Shown: positions 1 to 13,554 of the stretch, one piece after another
How positions within the stretch are numbered: the first letter of the stretch is position 1
Layout: every line of letters begins with the position of its first letter
NCBI GenBank assembly: GCA_032718475.1
Contig: JAUCBJ010000267.1
Coordinates: forward strand, 45,664-109,663
Source: Nemertoderma westbladi
Taxonomy: Eukaryota; Animalia; Xenacoelomorpha
Length of the DNA stretch: 64,000 bases
Direction of reading: 5' to 3'
Program-made: the position numbers and the translations under genes
The notes under the pieces: model-generated
The model's database searches: none
The model's input: the letters and a program-made list of their open reading frames with translations, nothing else
What the model was told of the DNA's origin: nothing

Positions 1-3000
1 CAAGGTCGGGGATGTTGGCGATTAGGTTTCATTGACATACTGTAGTGACAGGGTCGGGGATGTTGGCGATCAGGTTTCATTGACATACTGTAGTGACAGG
101 GTCGGGGATGTTGGCGATCAGGTTTCATTGACATACTGTAGTGACAGGGTCGGGGATGTTGGCGATCAGGTTTCATTGACATACTGTAGTGACAGGGTCG
201 GGGATGTTGGCGATCAGGTTTCATTGACATACTGTAGTGACAGGGTCGGGGATGTTGGCGATCAGGTTTCATTGACATACTGTAGTGACAGGGTCGGGGA
301 TGTTGGCGATCGGGTTTCATTGACATACTGTAGTTGACAGGGTCGGGGATGTTGGCGATTAGGTTTCATTGACATACTGTAGTGACAGGGTCGGGGATGT
401 TGGCGATCACCTTTCATTGACATACTGTAGCGACAGGGTCGGGGATGTTGGCGATCGGGTTTCATTGACATACTGTAGTTGACAGGGTCGGGGATGTTGG
501 CGATTAGGTTTCATTGACATACTGTAGTGACAGGGTCGGGGATGTTGGCGATCAGGTTTCATTGACTACTGTAGTGCAGTGACAGGGTCGGGGATGTTGG
601 CGATCAGGTTTCATTGACATACTGTAGTGACAGGGTCGGGGATGTTGGCGATCAGGTTTCATTGACTACTGTAGTGCAGTGACAGGGTCGGGGATGTTGG
701 CGATTAGGTTTCATTGACATACAGTAGTGACAGGGTCGGGGATGTTGGCGATCAGGTTTCATTGACTACTGTAGTGCAGTGACAGGGTCGGGGATGTTGG
801 CGATCAGGTTTCATTGACATACTGTAGTGACAGGGTCGGGGATGTTGGCGATCAGGTTTCATTGACTACTGTAGTGCAGTGACAGGGTCGGGGATGTTGG
901 CGATCAGGTTTCATTGACATACTGTAGCGACAGTCGGGGATATTGGCGATCAGTTTTCATTGACATACTGTAGTGACAGGGTCGGGGATGTTTGCGATCA
1001 GGTTTCATTGACTACTGTAGTGCAGTGACAGGGTCGGGGATGTTGGCAATCAGGTTTCATTTACTACTGTAGTGCAGTGACAGGGTCGGGGATGTTGGTG
1101 ACCAGGTTTCATTGACATACTGTAGTGACAGGGTCGGGGATGTTGGCGATCAGGTTTCATTGACATACTGTAGTGACAGGGTCGGGGATGTTGGCGATCA
1201 GGTTTTATTGACTTACTGTAGTGACAGGGTCGGGGATGTTGGCGATCAGGTTTCATTGACATACTGTAGTGACAGGGTCGGGGATGTTGGCGATCGGGTT
1301 TCATTGACATACTGTAATGACAGGGTCGGGGATGTTGGCGATCAGGTTTCATTGACATACTGTAGTGACAGGCTCGGGGATGTTGGCGACCAGGTTTCAT
1401 TGACATACTGTAGTGACAGGGTCGGGGATGTTGGCAATCAGGTTTCATTGACTTACTGTAGTGACAGGGTCGGGGATGTTGGCGATCAGGTTTCATTGAC
1501 ATACTGTAGTGACAGGGTCGGGGATGTTGGCGATCAGGTTTCATTGACATACTGTAGTGACAGGGTCGGGATGTTGGCGATCAGGTTTCATTGACATGTA
1601 GTGCAGTGACAGGGTCGGGGATGTTGGCGATCAGGTTTCATTGACATACTGTAGTGACAGGGTCGGGGATGTTGGCGATCAGGTTTCATTGACATACTGT
1701 AATGACAAGGTCGGGGATGTTGGCGATCACCTTTCATTGACATGCTGTAGTGACAGGGTCGGGGATGTTGGCGATCAGGTTTCATTGACATGTAGTGCAG
1801 TGACAGGGTCGGGAATGTTGGCGATCAGGTTTCATTGACATACTGTAGTGACGGTCGGGGATGTTGGCGATCAGGTTTCATTGACATACTGTAGTGACTG
1901 GGTCGGGTATGTTGGCGATCAGGTTTCATTGACATACTGTAGTGACAGGGTCGGGGATGTTGGCGATCAGGTTTCACTGACATACTGTATTGACAGGGTC
2001 GGGGATGTTGGCGATCAGGTTTCATTGAGATACTGTAGTGTAGTGACAGGGTCGGGGATGTTGGCGATCAGGTTTCATTGACATACTGTAGTGTAGTGAC
2101 AGGGTCGGGGATGTTGGCGATCAGGTTTCATTGACATACTGTAGTGACAGGGTCGGGGATGTTGGCGATCAGGTTTCATTGACATACTGTAGTGACAGGG
2201 TCGGGGATGTTGGCGATCAGGTTTCATTGACATAGTGCAGTGACAGGGTCGGGGATGTTGGCGACCAGGTTTCATTGACATACTGTAGTGACAGGGTCGG
2301 GGATGTTGGCGACCAGGTTTCATTGACATACTGTAGTGACAGGGTCGGAGATGTTGGCGATCAGGTTTCATTGACATACTTTAGTGACAGGGTCGGGGAT
2401 GTTGGCGACCAGGTTTCATTGACATACTGTAGTGACAGGGTCGGGGATGTTGGCGACCAGGTTTCATTGACATACTGTAGTGACAGGGTCGGAGATGTTG
2501 GCGATCAGGTTTCATTGACATACTTTAGTGACAGGGTCGGAGATGTTGGCGACCAGGTTTCATTGACATACTGTAGTAACAGGGTCGGGGATATTGGCGA
2601 TCAGGTTTCATTATTATATTTATTTATTTCTCATTTAATCCGAATATTAATATTAAAATATCCATAGAGCACATTACACTATATTTACAAACTAAAACTA
2701 TACTAAAAAAGACAATAAAAAGAGAGGGTACAAGTTAATTTAAATTCGGCATCTCAGGTAACTATCGTATACCTGAGACACGTTAAAACATATACAGCTA
2801 ATATTAATTAAAATAGAATTTTGCGAGTTGGCTACACGATTAAATAAACTAAATAGTGAAAAGCGTCGGATATGTACAATTGATTTAAGGCCAAGGGAGA
2901 CCAGCATACCACTAGCACTGTCATCGCGTTTAAAACCAAATAAACGTCGCACTGTGTTGTTATACGCTACATTTAATCGATTAAGAGTTGACTCACAAAA

Positions 3001-6000
3001 ATAGCTGTCAGCCCAAAGAGCATATCAGATGTCAAGATCATTTACATACTGTAGTGACAGGGTCGGGGATGTTGGCGACCAGGTTTCATTGACATACTGT
3101 AGTGACAGGGTCGGGGATGTTGGCGATCAGGTTTTATTGACTTACTGTAGTGACAGGGTCGGGGATGTTGGCGATCAGGTTTCATTGACATACTGTAGTG
3201 ACAGGGTCGGGGATGTTGGCGATCGGGTTTCATTGACATACTGTAATGACAGGGTCGGGGATGTTGGCGATCAGGTTTCATTGACATACTGTAGTGACAG
3301 GCTCGGGGAGGTTGGCGACCAGGTTTCATTGACATACTGTAGTGACAGGGTCGGGGATGTTGGCAATCAGGTTTCATTGACTTACTGTAGTGACAGGGTC
3401 GGGGATGTTGGCGATCAGGTTTCATTGACATACTGTAGTGACAGGGTCGGGGATGTTGGCAATCAGGTTTCATTGACATACTGTAGTGACAGGGTCGGGA
3501 TGTTGGCGATCAGGTTTCATTGACATGTAGTGCAGTGACAGGGTCGGGGATGTTCGCGATCAGGTTTCATTGACATACTGTAGTGACAGGGTCGGGGATG
3601 TTGGCGATCAGGTTGCATTGACATACTGTAATGACAAGGTCGGGGATGTTGGCGATCACCTTTCATTGACATGCTGTAGTGACAGGGTCGGGGATGTTGG
3701 CGATCAGGTTTCATTGACATGTAGTGCAGTGACAGGGTCGGGGATGTTGGCGATCAGGTTTCATTGACATACTGTAGTGACGGTCGGGGATGTTGGCGAT
3801 CAGGTTTCATTGACATACTGTAGTGACTGGGTCGGGGATGTTGGCGATCAGGTTTCATTGACATACTGTAGTGACAGGGTCGGGGATGTTGGCGATCAGG
3901 TTTCATTGACATACTGTAGTGACAGGGTCGGGATGTTGGCGATCAGGTTTCATTGACATGTATTGCAGTGACAGGGTCGGGGATGTTGGCGATCAGGTTT
4001 CATTGACATACTGTAGTGACAGGGTCGGGGATGTTGGCGATCAGGTTTCATTGACATACTGTAGTGACAAGGTCGGGGATGTTGGCGATCACCTTTCATT
4101 GACATGCTGTAGTGACAGGGTCGGGGATGTTGGCGATCAGGTTTCATTGACATGTAGTGCAGTGACAGGGTCGGGGATGTTGGCGATCAGGTTTCATTGA
4201 CATACTGTAGTGACGGGTCGGGGATGTTGGCGATCAGGTTTCATTGACATACTGTAGTGACTGGGTCGGGGATGTTGGCGATCAGGTTTCATTGACATAC
4301 TGTAGTGACAGGGTCGGGTATGTTGGCGATCAGGTTTCATTGACATACTGTAGTGACAGGGTCGGTGATGTTGGCGATCAGGTTTCATTGACATACTGTA
4401 TTGACAGGGTCGGGGATGTTGGCGATCAGGTTTCATTGAGATACTGTAGTGTAGTGACAGGGTCGGGGATGTTGGCGATCAGGTTTCATTGACATACTGT
4501 AGTATAGTGACAGGGTCGGGGATGTTGGCGATCAGGTTTCATTGACATACTGTAGTGACAGGGTCGGGGATGTTGGCGATCAGGTTTCATTGACATACTG
4601 TAGTGACAGGGTCGGGGTTGTTGGCGATCAGGTTTCATTGACATAGTGCAGTGACAGGGTCGGGGATGTTGGCGACCAGGTTTCATTGACATACTGTAGT
4701 GACAGGGTCGGGGATGTCGGCGATCAGGTTTCATTGACATATGTGGTGACAGGGTCGGGGATGTTGGCGATCAGGTTTTATTGACATACTGTAGTGCAGT
4801 GTGACAGGGTCGGGGATGTTGGCGGCCAGGTTTTATTGACTACTGTAGTGCAGTGCGACAGGGTCGGGGATGTTGGCGATCAGGTTTCATTGACATACTG
4901 TAGTGACAGGGTCGGGGATGTTGGCGATCAGGTTTTATTGACATACTGTAGTGACAGGGTCGGGGATGTTGGCGATCGGATTTCATTGACATACTGTAGT
5001 TGACAGGGTCGGGGATGTTGGCGATCAGGTTTCATTGACATACTGTAGTGACAGGGTCGGGGATGTTGGCGATCAGGTTTCATTGACATACTGTAGTGAC
5101 AGGGTCGGGGATGTTGGCGATCAGGTTTCATTGACATACTGTAGTGACAGGGTCGGGGATGTTGGTGATCGGGTTTCATTGACATACTGTAGTTGACAAG
5201 GTCGGGGATGTTGGCGATTAGGTTTCATTGACATACTGTAGTGACAGGGTCGGGGATGTTGGCGATCAGGTTTCATTGACATACTGTAGTGACAGGGTCG
5301 GGGATGTTGGCGATCAGGTTTCATTGACATACTGTAGTGACAGGGTCGGGGATGTTGGCGATCAGGTTTCATTGACATACTGTAGTGACAGGGTCGGGGA
5401 TGTTGGCGATCAGGTTTCATTGACATACTGTAGTGACAGGGTCGGGGATGTTGGCGATCAGGTTTCATTGACATACTGTAGTGACAGGGTCGGGGATGTT
5501 GGCGATCGGGTTTCATTGACATACTGTAGTTGACAGGGTCGGGGATGTTGGCGATTAGGTTTCATTGACATACTGTAGTGACAGGGTCGGGGATGTTGGC
5601 GATCACCTTTCATTGACATACTGTAGCGACAGGGTCGGGGATGTTGGCGATCGGGTTTCATTGACATACTGTAGTTGACAGGGTCGGGGATGTTGGCGAT
5701 TAGGTTTCATTGACATACTGTAGTGACAGGGTCGGGGATGTTGGCGATCAGGTTTCATTGACATACTGTAGTGACAGGGTCGGGGATGTTGGCGATCAGG
5801 TTTCATTGACATACTGTATTGACAGGGTCGGGGATGTTGGCGATCAGGTTTCATTGAGATACTGTAGTGTAGTGACAGGGTCGGGGATGTTGGCGATCAG
5901 GTTTCATTGACATACTGTAGTGTAGTGACAGGGTCGGGGATGTTGGCGATCAGGTTTCATTGACATACTGTAGTGACAGGGTCGGGGATGTTGGCGATCA

Positions 6001-9000
6001 GGTTTCATTGACATACTGTAGTGACAGGGTCGGGGATGTTGGCGATCAGGTTTCATTGACATAGTGCAGTGACAGGGTCGGGGATGTTGGCGACCAGGTT
6101 TCATTGACATACTGTAGTGACAGGGTCGGGGATGTTGGCGACCAGGTTTCATTGACATACTGTAGTGACAGGGTCGGAGATGTTGGCGATCAGGTTTCAT
6201 TGACATACTTTAGTGACAGGGTCGGGGATGTTGGCGACCAGGTTTCATTGACATACTGTAGTAACAGGGTCGGGGATGTTGGCGATCAGGTTTCATTGAC
6301 ATACTGTAGTGACAGGGTCGGGGATGTTGGCGACCAGGTTTCATTGACATACTGTAGTGACAGGGTCGGGGATGTTGGCGATCAGGTTTTATTGACTTAC
6401 TGTAGTGACAGGGTCGGGGATGTTGGCGATCAGGTTTCATTGACATACTGTAGTGACAGGGTCGGGGATGTTGGCGATCGGGTTTCATTGAAATACTGTA
6501 ATGACAGGGTCGGGGATGTTGGCGATCAGGTTTCATTGACATACTGTAGTGACAGGGTCGGGGAGGTTGGCGACCAGGTTTCATTGACATACTGTAGTGA
6601 CAGGGTCGGGGATGTTGGCAATCAGGTTTCATTGACTTACTGTAGTGACAGGGTCGGGGATGTTGGCGATCAGGTTTCATTGACATACTGTAGTGACAGG
6701 GTCGGGGATGTTGGCAATCAGGTTTCATTGACATACTGTAGTGACAGGGTCGGGATGTTGGCGATCAGGTTTCATTGACATGTAGTGCAGTGACAGGGTC
6801 GGGGATGTTCGCGATCAGGTTTCATTGACATACTGTAGTGACAGGGTCGGGGATGTTGGCGATCAGGTTGCATTGACATACTGTAATGACAAGGTCGGGG
6901 ATGTTGGCGATCACCTTTCATTGACATGCTGTAGTGACAGGGTCGGGGATGTTGGCGATCAGGTTTCATTGACATGTAGTGCAGTGACAGGGTGGGGATG
7001 TTGGCGATCAGGTTTCATTGACATACTGTAGTGACGGTCGGGGATGTTGGCGATCAGGTTTCATTGACATACTGTAGTGACTGGGTCGGGGATGTTGACG
7101 ATCAGGTTTCATTGACATACTGTAGTGACAGGGTCGGGTATGTTGGCGATCAGGTTTCATTGACATACTGTAGTGACAGGGTCGGTGATGTTGGCGATCA
7201 GGTTTCATTGACATACTGTATTGACAGGGTCGGGGATGTTGGCGATCAGGTTTCATTGAGATACTGTAGTGTAGTGACAGGGTCGGGGATGTTGGCGATC
7301 AGGTTTCATTGACATACTGTAGTATAGTGACAGGGTCGGGGATGTTGGCGATCAGGTTTCTTTGACATACTGTAGTGACAGGGTCGGGGATGTTGGCGAT
7401 CAGGTTTCATTGACATACTGTAGTGACAGGGTCGGGGTTGTTGGCGATCAGGTTTCATTGACATAGTGCAGTGACAGGGTCGGGGATGTTGGCGACCAGG
7501 TTTCATTGACATACTGTAGTGACAGGGTCGGGGATGTCGGCGATCAGGTTTCATTGACATATGTGGTGACAGGGTCGGGGATGTTGGCGATCAGGTTTTA
7601 TTGACATACTGTAGTGCAGTGTGACAGGGTCGGGGATGTTGGCGGCCAGGTTTTATTGACTACTGTAGTGCAGTGCGACAGGGTCGGGGATGTTGGCGAT
7701 CAGGTTTCATTGACATACTGTAGTGACAGGGTCGGGGATGTTGGCGATCAGGTTTTATTGACATACTGTAGTGACAGGGTCGGGGATGTTGGCGATCGGA
7801 TTTCATTGACATACTGTAGTTGACAGGGTCGGGGATGTTGGCGATCAGGTTTCATTGACATACTGTAGTGACAGGGTCGGGGATGTTGGCGATCAGGTTT
7901 CATTGACATACTGTAGTGACAGGGTCGGGGATGTTGGCGATCAGGTTTCATTGACATACTGTAGTGACAGGGTCGGGGATGTTGGTGATCGGGTTTCATT
8001 GACATACTGTAGTTGACAAGGTCGGGGATGTTGGCGATTAGGTTTCATTGACATACTGTAGTGACAGGGTCGGGGATGTTGGCGATCAGGTTTCATTGAC
8101 ATACTGTAGTGACAGGGTCGGGGATGTTGGCGATCAGGTTTCATTGACATACTGTAGTGACAGGGTCGGGGATGTTGGCGATCAGGTTTCATTGACATAC
8201 TGTAGTGACAGGGTCGGGGATGTTGGCGATCAGGTTTCATTGACATACTGTAGTGACAGGGTCGGGGATGTTGGCGATCAGGTTTCATTGACATACTGTA
8301 GTGACAGGGTCGGGGATGTTGGCGATCGGGTTTCATCGACATACTGTAGTTGACAGGGTCGGGGATGTTGGCGATTAGGTTTCATTGACATACTGTAGTG
8401 ACAGGGTCGGGGATGTTGGCGATCACCTTTCATTGACATACTGTAGCGACAGGGTCGGGGATGTTGGCGATCGGGTTTCATTGACATACTGTAGTTGACA
8501 GGGTCGGGGATGTTGGCGATTAGGTTTCATTGACATACTGTAGTGACAGGGTCGGGGATGTTGGCGATCAGGTTTCATTGACTACTGTAGTGCAGTGACA
8601 GGGTCGGGGATGTTGGCGATCAGGTTTCATTGACATACTGTAGTGACAGGGTCGGGGATGTTGGCGATCAGGTTTCATTGACTACTGTAGTGCAGTGACA
8701 GGGTCGGGGATGTTGGCGATTAGGTTTCATTGACATACAGTAGTGACAGGGTCGGGGATGTTGGCGATCAGGTTTCATTGACTACTGTAGTGCAGTGACA
8801 GGGTCGGGGATGTTGGCGATCAGGTTTCATTGACATACTGTAGTGACAGGATCGGGGATGTTGGCGATCAGGTTTCATTGACTACTGTAGTGCAGTGACA
8901 GGGTCGGGGATGTTGGCGATCAGGTTTCATTGACATACTGTAGCGACAGTCGGGGATATTGGCGATCAGTTTTCATTGACATACTGTAGTGACAGGGTCG

Positions 9001-9301
9001 GGGATGTTTGCGATCAGGTTTCATTGACTACTGTAGTGCAGTGACAGGGTCGGGGATGTTGGCAATCAGGTTTCATTTACTACTGTAGTGCAGTGACAGG
9101 GTCGGGGATGTTGGTGACCAGGTTTCATTGACATACTATAGTGACAGGGTCGGGGATGTTGGCGATCAGGTTTCATTGACATACTGTAGTGACAGGGTCG
9201 GGGATGTTGGCGATCAGGTTTTATTGACTTACTGTAGTGACAGGGTCGGGGATGTTGGCGATCAGGTTTCATTGACATACTGTAGTGACAGGGTCGGGGA
9301 T
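1..9301. repeat. 48-bp tandem satellite, block 1 (consensus GACATACTGTAGTGACAGGGTCGGGGATGTTGGCGATCAGGTTTCATT)
   Basis: Head-to-tail 48-bp monomers with recurrent variants, interrupted only at 2613-3037. It runs off the left edge of the window. Confidence 0.98.
2613..3037 (-). mobile_element. 5'-truncated non-LTR retrotransposon (LINE) 3' fragment, clade uncertain (RTE-X/CR1-like)
   Basis: Minus strand reads ...YALWADSYFCESTLNRLNVAYNNTVRRLFGFKRDDSASGMLVSLG..., resembling LINE ORF2 C-termini. It ends in an (AATA)n-like tail and is flanked by TCATT at 2608-2612 and 3038-3042. The paralogous satellite block near 6290 lacks the insert. Confidence 0.65.
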
Positions 9302-11479
9302 TGATAAACAACCGCGACCTCTATACTAACAGCAGAACTGTTGAACAGACCAATACCCGTTAATATCCTTCTGCCAACCTAATAAGTTCTCGTCTAACCA
9401 ATAAGACACAAAGACTGCTCTACTGTTAAGTAAAGGGGCTCAGGAGCGTGATATTACTAAATTGTAAGGGTTGCTAAATACAAAACCGCTACTTACCGTT
9501 AGATGGCGCTAATCTGCCGTCCGCTAATATATTTACTAATTTTACACAACTCCTGCAAAATCGCTTGTTCCTTTCTCTACCGATTGCTCAATAGAGAGCT
9601 AACTGTTCGAATCTATGAGCCACGCGGGAATAACCAAAACAATAAACCCGAGTCGGCTCCCTAAGCTTACTTAAGACGAGTGCGAGAGGCCTTGCACTCA
9701 GAGTATTCTTACGCCTAATTCTATCACTTATTAAAGCACGCTATTACCTACGTCTTTCTAATCGCGAATACTGGGGTTTCTCTAACGTAATGTGTGAATG
9801 CGAGAATATTTAAATATCAAAAATGGTACAGTAATTGTCTCTCGTGGATAGTACCACTCTGGGTCTAAAATTGCCTGCAGCTGGCTTTAGGCCAGCAAAT
9901 CACTAGCGTTTCGTGCGTACCGAATAGTGCGTTCTAGCTGATTGCCCGCTAATGCGAATAACCGCTTAGCGTGAATAGTTTACAGTACTCTAATTATTAC
10001 TTTAGCTACTCTCCGCTATGTTGCGTACTAATTCTTAATTTTACTAATCAATTACAGTCACAAATATTTAACAGCGTACTAATTACTAAGAGTTCCAGAA
10101 TACGTAATTCTAATTTATCACGCAACAGGTTTCGCTAGTAATAGCCTAAATTGCCGTATTACTTTGACCTAATCAGTAACTAATTGTTGTAACTAAGAAA
10201 TAGAAATCAATCAAAGAGAAAAGAGCGCCTACCTAAACATTCACAATCATAGGCACACTTCAGTAACACACCAATCAGCATCAGCAATCACAGTTCGCAA
10301 TTATGCAGTTAACTACTGTATAGCCCACAATTATGCGACTCACTATTCGTACTACACGCTCAACGTTCGAAACGTTGTGATACGTGCAGGCCTCTCCCGG
10401 GTACATATAGGACTCCTAACTAACCTGATTCCCGCCCCCCTAATACTAAATAGAGACGAAACCTGGATCATCAGCCCCCTAATTGCCGTACCGGCGATTG
10501 GTCTGCGTACCACAGCGTTAACTTCCCGACCGCAACGGTGACCCCACGCCAGCGTTGCTCGCTTTGAATCCTCCGCTCTCCCTTAGTCGCCCAACCCCCC
10601 GATGTGCCCACCGCCCGCTGGCGCCTTAGCCCTCCATTACGCTAATAGCTACCGTAGCGGCGCATGCAAATCACAAAGTCTGACAGTCTCAGGAATCCCT
10701 TGGGATTATTGCGCAGAAAGGAATCACATAGAACCATCAATCAAAGGTAGAAATCATAGTTCGATTGTAATTTGCAGTAATCGAAGGAATTATTGAGAAA
10801 CACAAGCAAAGTAATCGCACTAGCAAATCATTCCAAGAAATTAATCAAATTAGCAAATTGCAGAAAATACGATATCCTAATACAAATTAGAGACAGCTCA
10901 GCAAGTAAATTGTAACAGGGGTGTGTCATGTGAGTGAGAGATTGATGATAGGCTCTACCGGCACACCGCCAATTTATAGGTGATCCGGGTGGGATGATGC
11001 AATAGGGTGACTCAATCGCTCTCCTATTGGCTCTCCAGTCCATGCTAGCATTAGACCAACCTGGAAGCAGTTAATCCAATAAGGAGGCCGGATTGTAGCC
11101 CTATGCCCTCAAATTATTACCATATATGGTAATGGATCACGTCTCTGGCTGCTGAATGGCCAGGACGGCGTCCCTATATGCTAGCCCTATCAAACTAATA
11201 TCAGCAAGCACAAAATCCAGGGTCCGAGTAAACTCGCTACCCTGGAACTATCTACATATATCCTAATACAAAATTACGTAGGTAGGGCTACATACTATAC
11301 AAAATGAATGGATGCAAATATATGGGCGTTTTAACTTCCTTACCTAAATGTCACCACACTGCGCCTTATCTAAATAATTATACTGCACAACGGACTAATA
11401 TTACGTACAGTATAACGGACTAATACTGCATACTGCATAATGGACTAATACTGTGGATACAGCGCCATATACCGTAACA
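9302..11479 (-). repeat. Element A 3' LTR (2178 bp)
   Basis: Matches 23915-26100 apart from one 8-bp indel and about 3 substitutions that I could see. Confidence 0.97.
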
Positions 11480-11487
11480 CCGCTCCA
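11480..11487 (-). promoter_or_regulatory. Short polypurine tract of element A (TGGAGCGG immediately before the 3' LTR)
   Basis: Plus-strand CCGCTCCA abuts the LTR. The same GGAGCGG|TG junction occurs in elements B and C. Confidence 0.7.
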
Positions 11488-11640
11488 AGGGAAATCATAT
11501 AATGTTTCCCTCCAATTGTAGAAGAGTATAAGGTGATGTATACAAAACAAAATAAATTTCTTCCAACCAATCTAAATAACATAATAATTCTACTATTTAC
11601 AAATATTGCCATAGATATTGCATAATGAATTACATACAAA

Positions 11641-13473
11641 TTAAGTTTGGAAGGGAGTACCAAACCCGCGGGTTTGATTCCCGAACCACTTCTCCAAAGC
11701 TTCTGGCGTCGGATATTCCATCGACGGTCGGTCTCCCAAATCTCCGATGTTCTGTCGATATACTCCTTCGAATATCGCTAATCCTCTCCTCACCATCGAC
11801 GTATTCTCTAACGATTGGTTGAAGAACGGGGTTAAGAAACGCTTCATCACGTCGGATTGGATTCCCCCTTTCGAGCGAACGTATTGATCTCCTCCGAATA
11901 CCAATGGATGACGCTTCAAAACTCGTGCAACGATATCCGCTAATAAACAAGTCACCGTGTTCGACTCAAGCACCTAATAATATTGTAGCGACGCACGGGG
12001 TGGCGCGCAAATGTTCCAATACACTAACGCTTGCCGCTTGAAGTGGGATTTGAACTCCGCTCCCGGTGGCGTGTTGTATTCGCCATACGCCTCCTCGTAC
12101 TTCTTCTGCGTCTTCAACTTAAAGTCCCAATTATACAACAAGTGTGCTATAAAGCCCATACCAGTCTTGGCAGAGTTGGGATACTCCCTATAAATTCCAA
12201 TATCCTGTGCCCATAGCAACAATAGCTTGGTGTCGACAAACGGTCTCGGCAATCTATCTTCCAGATCAGTCATGGCGTTGAAGTCGCTCTCCAAATCGCT
12301 CTGGACTCCCGATCCCACCTTGACGTAATCTTGGTTGAGAATAGCCTCTCTAACTTTCTTGGGTAACATCCTGGCGTCGATACGCTCCGCTCCGTGCATA
12401 CCTCCTCGCCTGCATACCTCCAAAATCTGTTCCCTAGGATCCTTCCCCTTCCGATATTGTGTCGTTATGATGGGCTCCGGTCTCTCTCGATCCGCCCTCA
12501 CACGCATAAACACATGAGTCACACCATCGGCCGCACGAATTTGAATACACTTGCTAGTCAAGCATTCCTGATGGGACCCTCCTTCATTGTCGTAGAACAT
12601 CACTCTCCAATCCTGCAGTGATTCCTCCGTCTTCCTCCACTGACGCTGAATCTCATCTGATGGGGTCCACATGCGCTCGATCGCCTTGTGGTCATCATAT
12701 CGGGTATAAGAACCCTTCCTCCTCAGCCACGTCTGGTCTACCTCCTCGTCGTCTGGGAATGTAGCCACCGCGACCCATACTTTGATGTACTTATCCAACC
12801 ATCCGAATAGCTTACTCTCCTTCCCCGGAGCTCCAATCTTGTCCAAAGTGTCATAATCTGTGATCTGCATTGGGACATCACGCAAGAACTTCGCGCATAA
12901 AACTTCCCGTAGACAGTCAACGTTCCAATGGTCCGCCATTCTTACCATCGGCAAGAATCGTATCGCTTCTTGCGACTCCGGATGATCTACTAATATCGCA
13001 GGTTCGGTGCCGTCGGAATAATACACCGGTCCGGGTTGAGATACGACCTGTGGAACAAATCCGGTCACTCTCCTCGTCTCCTCTTGATGTCTATCCGCGG
13101 TCTTATTATACTCCGCTATCCTGTTCTCAAAGAACTCTTTCGCCTTCGCCGCTCGCTCCTCCTGCCGCAACGCGTCTATGTCGTCCTGATGCTCAGGCGT
13201 GAGGCTTCTCACTCGGTGAGGTGAAGTAAACGTAGTCCAGGGACTCGAGAGCTCCAAACCCGCGGGTTTGGTACCCGAGTCCCGCGCCGCTTCGCGCCGC
13301 GCCTCTAGATCCTTGTAGGCTCGGTACAGCGAAATGGCCGCTGCCGTCTCTATCAAACTGGGTGTCGAACAGGGTTTAATCTCCGTATACGGATCTAATG
13401 TCGTAACGGTCGGCGTAATGGGTCTCGGAGGTCGCTTTCCGCTGAAGTCGATACTGATCATCGGGTTGCTCAT
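11641..13473 (-). CDS. Element A accessory ORF with a DEDDy-like (WRN/EXD/Mut-7-type) 3'-5' exonuclease domain; 499 aa, in-frame TAG at 11974-11976, then 110 further open codons
   Basis: Motifs appear in the expected order: FYDNEG (ExoI DxE), CIQIRA, LPKKVREAILNQDYVKVGSGVQSDL (ExoII), FVDTK, GMGFIAHLL, W...LQYY*VLE (ExoIII-like). Recognised by eye only. Confidence 0.65.
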
Positions 13474-13554
13474 CGGGTAACCTCCCTCGTTATATCTAAG
13501 GAATTGGTGAGCTGGACATCGCGTTAATATCGGTTCCGGATGTTGCTCGTCTAG

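Noticed and set aside
1-9301. CRISPR-like array
   Set aside because: The repeats are contiguous with no unique spacers, there are no cas genes, and the context is eukaryotic.
32-9311. Many ORFs encoding (TYCSDRVGDVGDQVSL)n or (MSMKPDRQHPRPCHYS)n, also in satellite blocks 2 and 3
   Set aside because: They arise from a stop-free 48-bp (16-codon) monomer. They appear on both strands and are broken repeatedly by indel variants.
10602-11043. Short ORFs duplicated in the LTRs (also 25223-25664, 30776-31447, 38573-39244, 39578-40010, 51677-52109)
   Set aside because: They recur only because the LTRs are repeats. They show no protein motifs and are not conserved as ORFs between the B and C LTRs.
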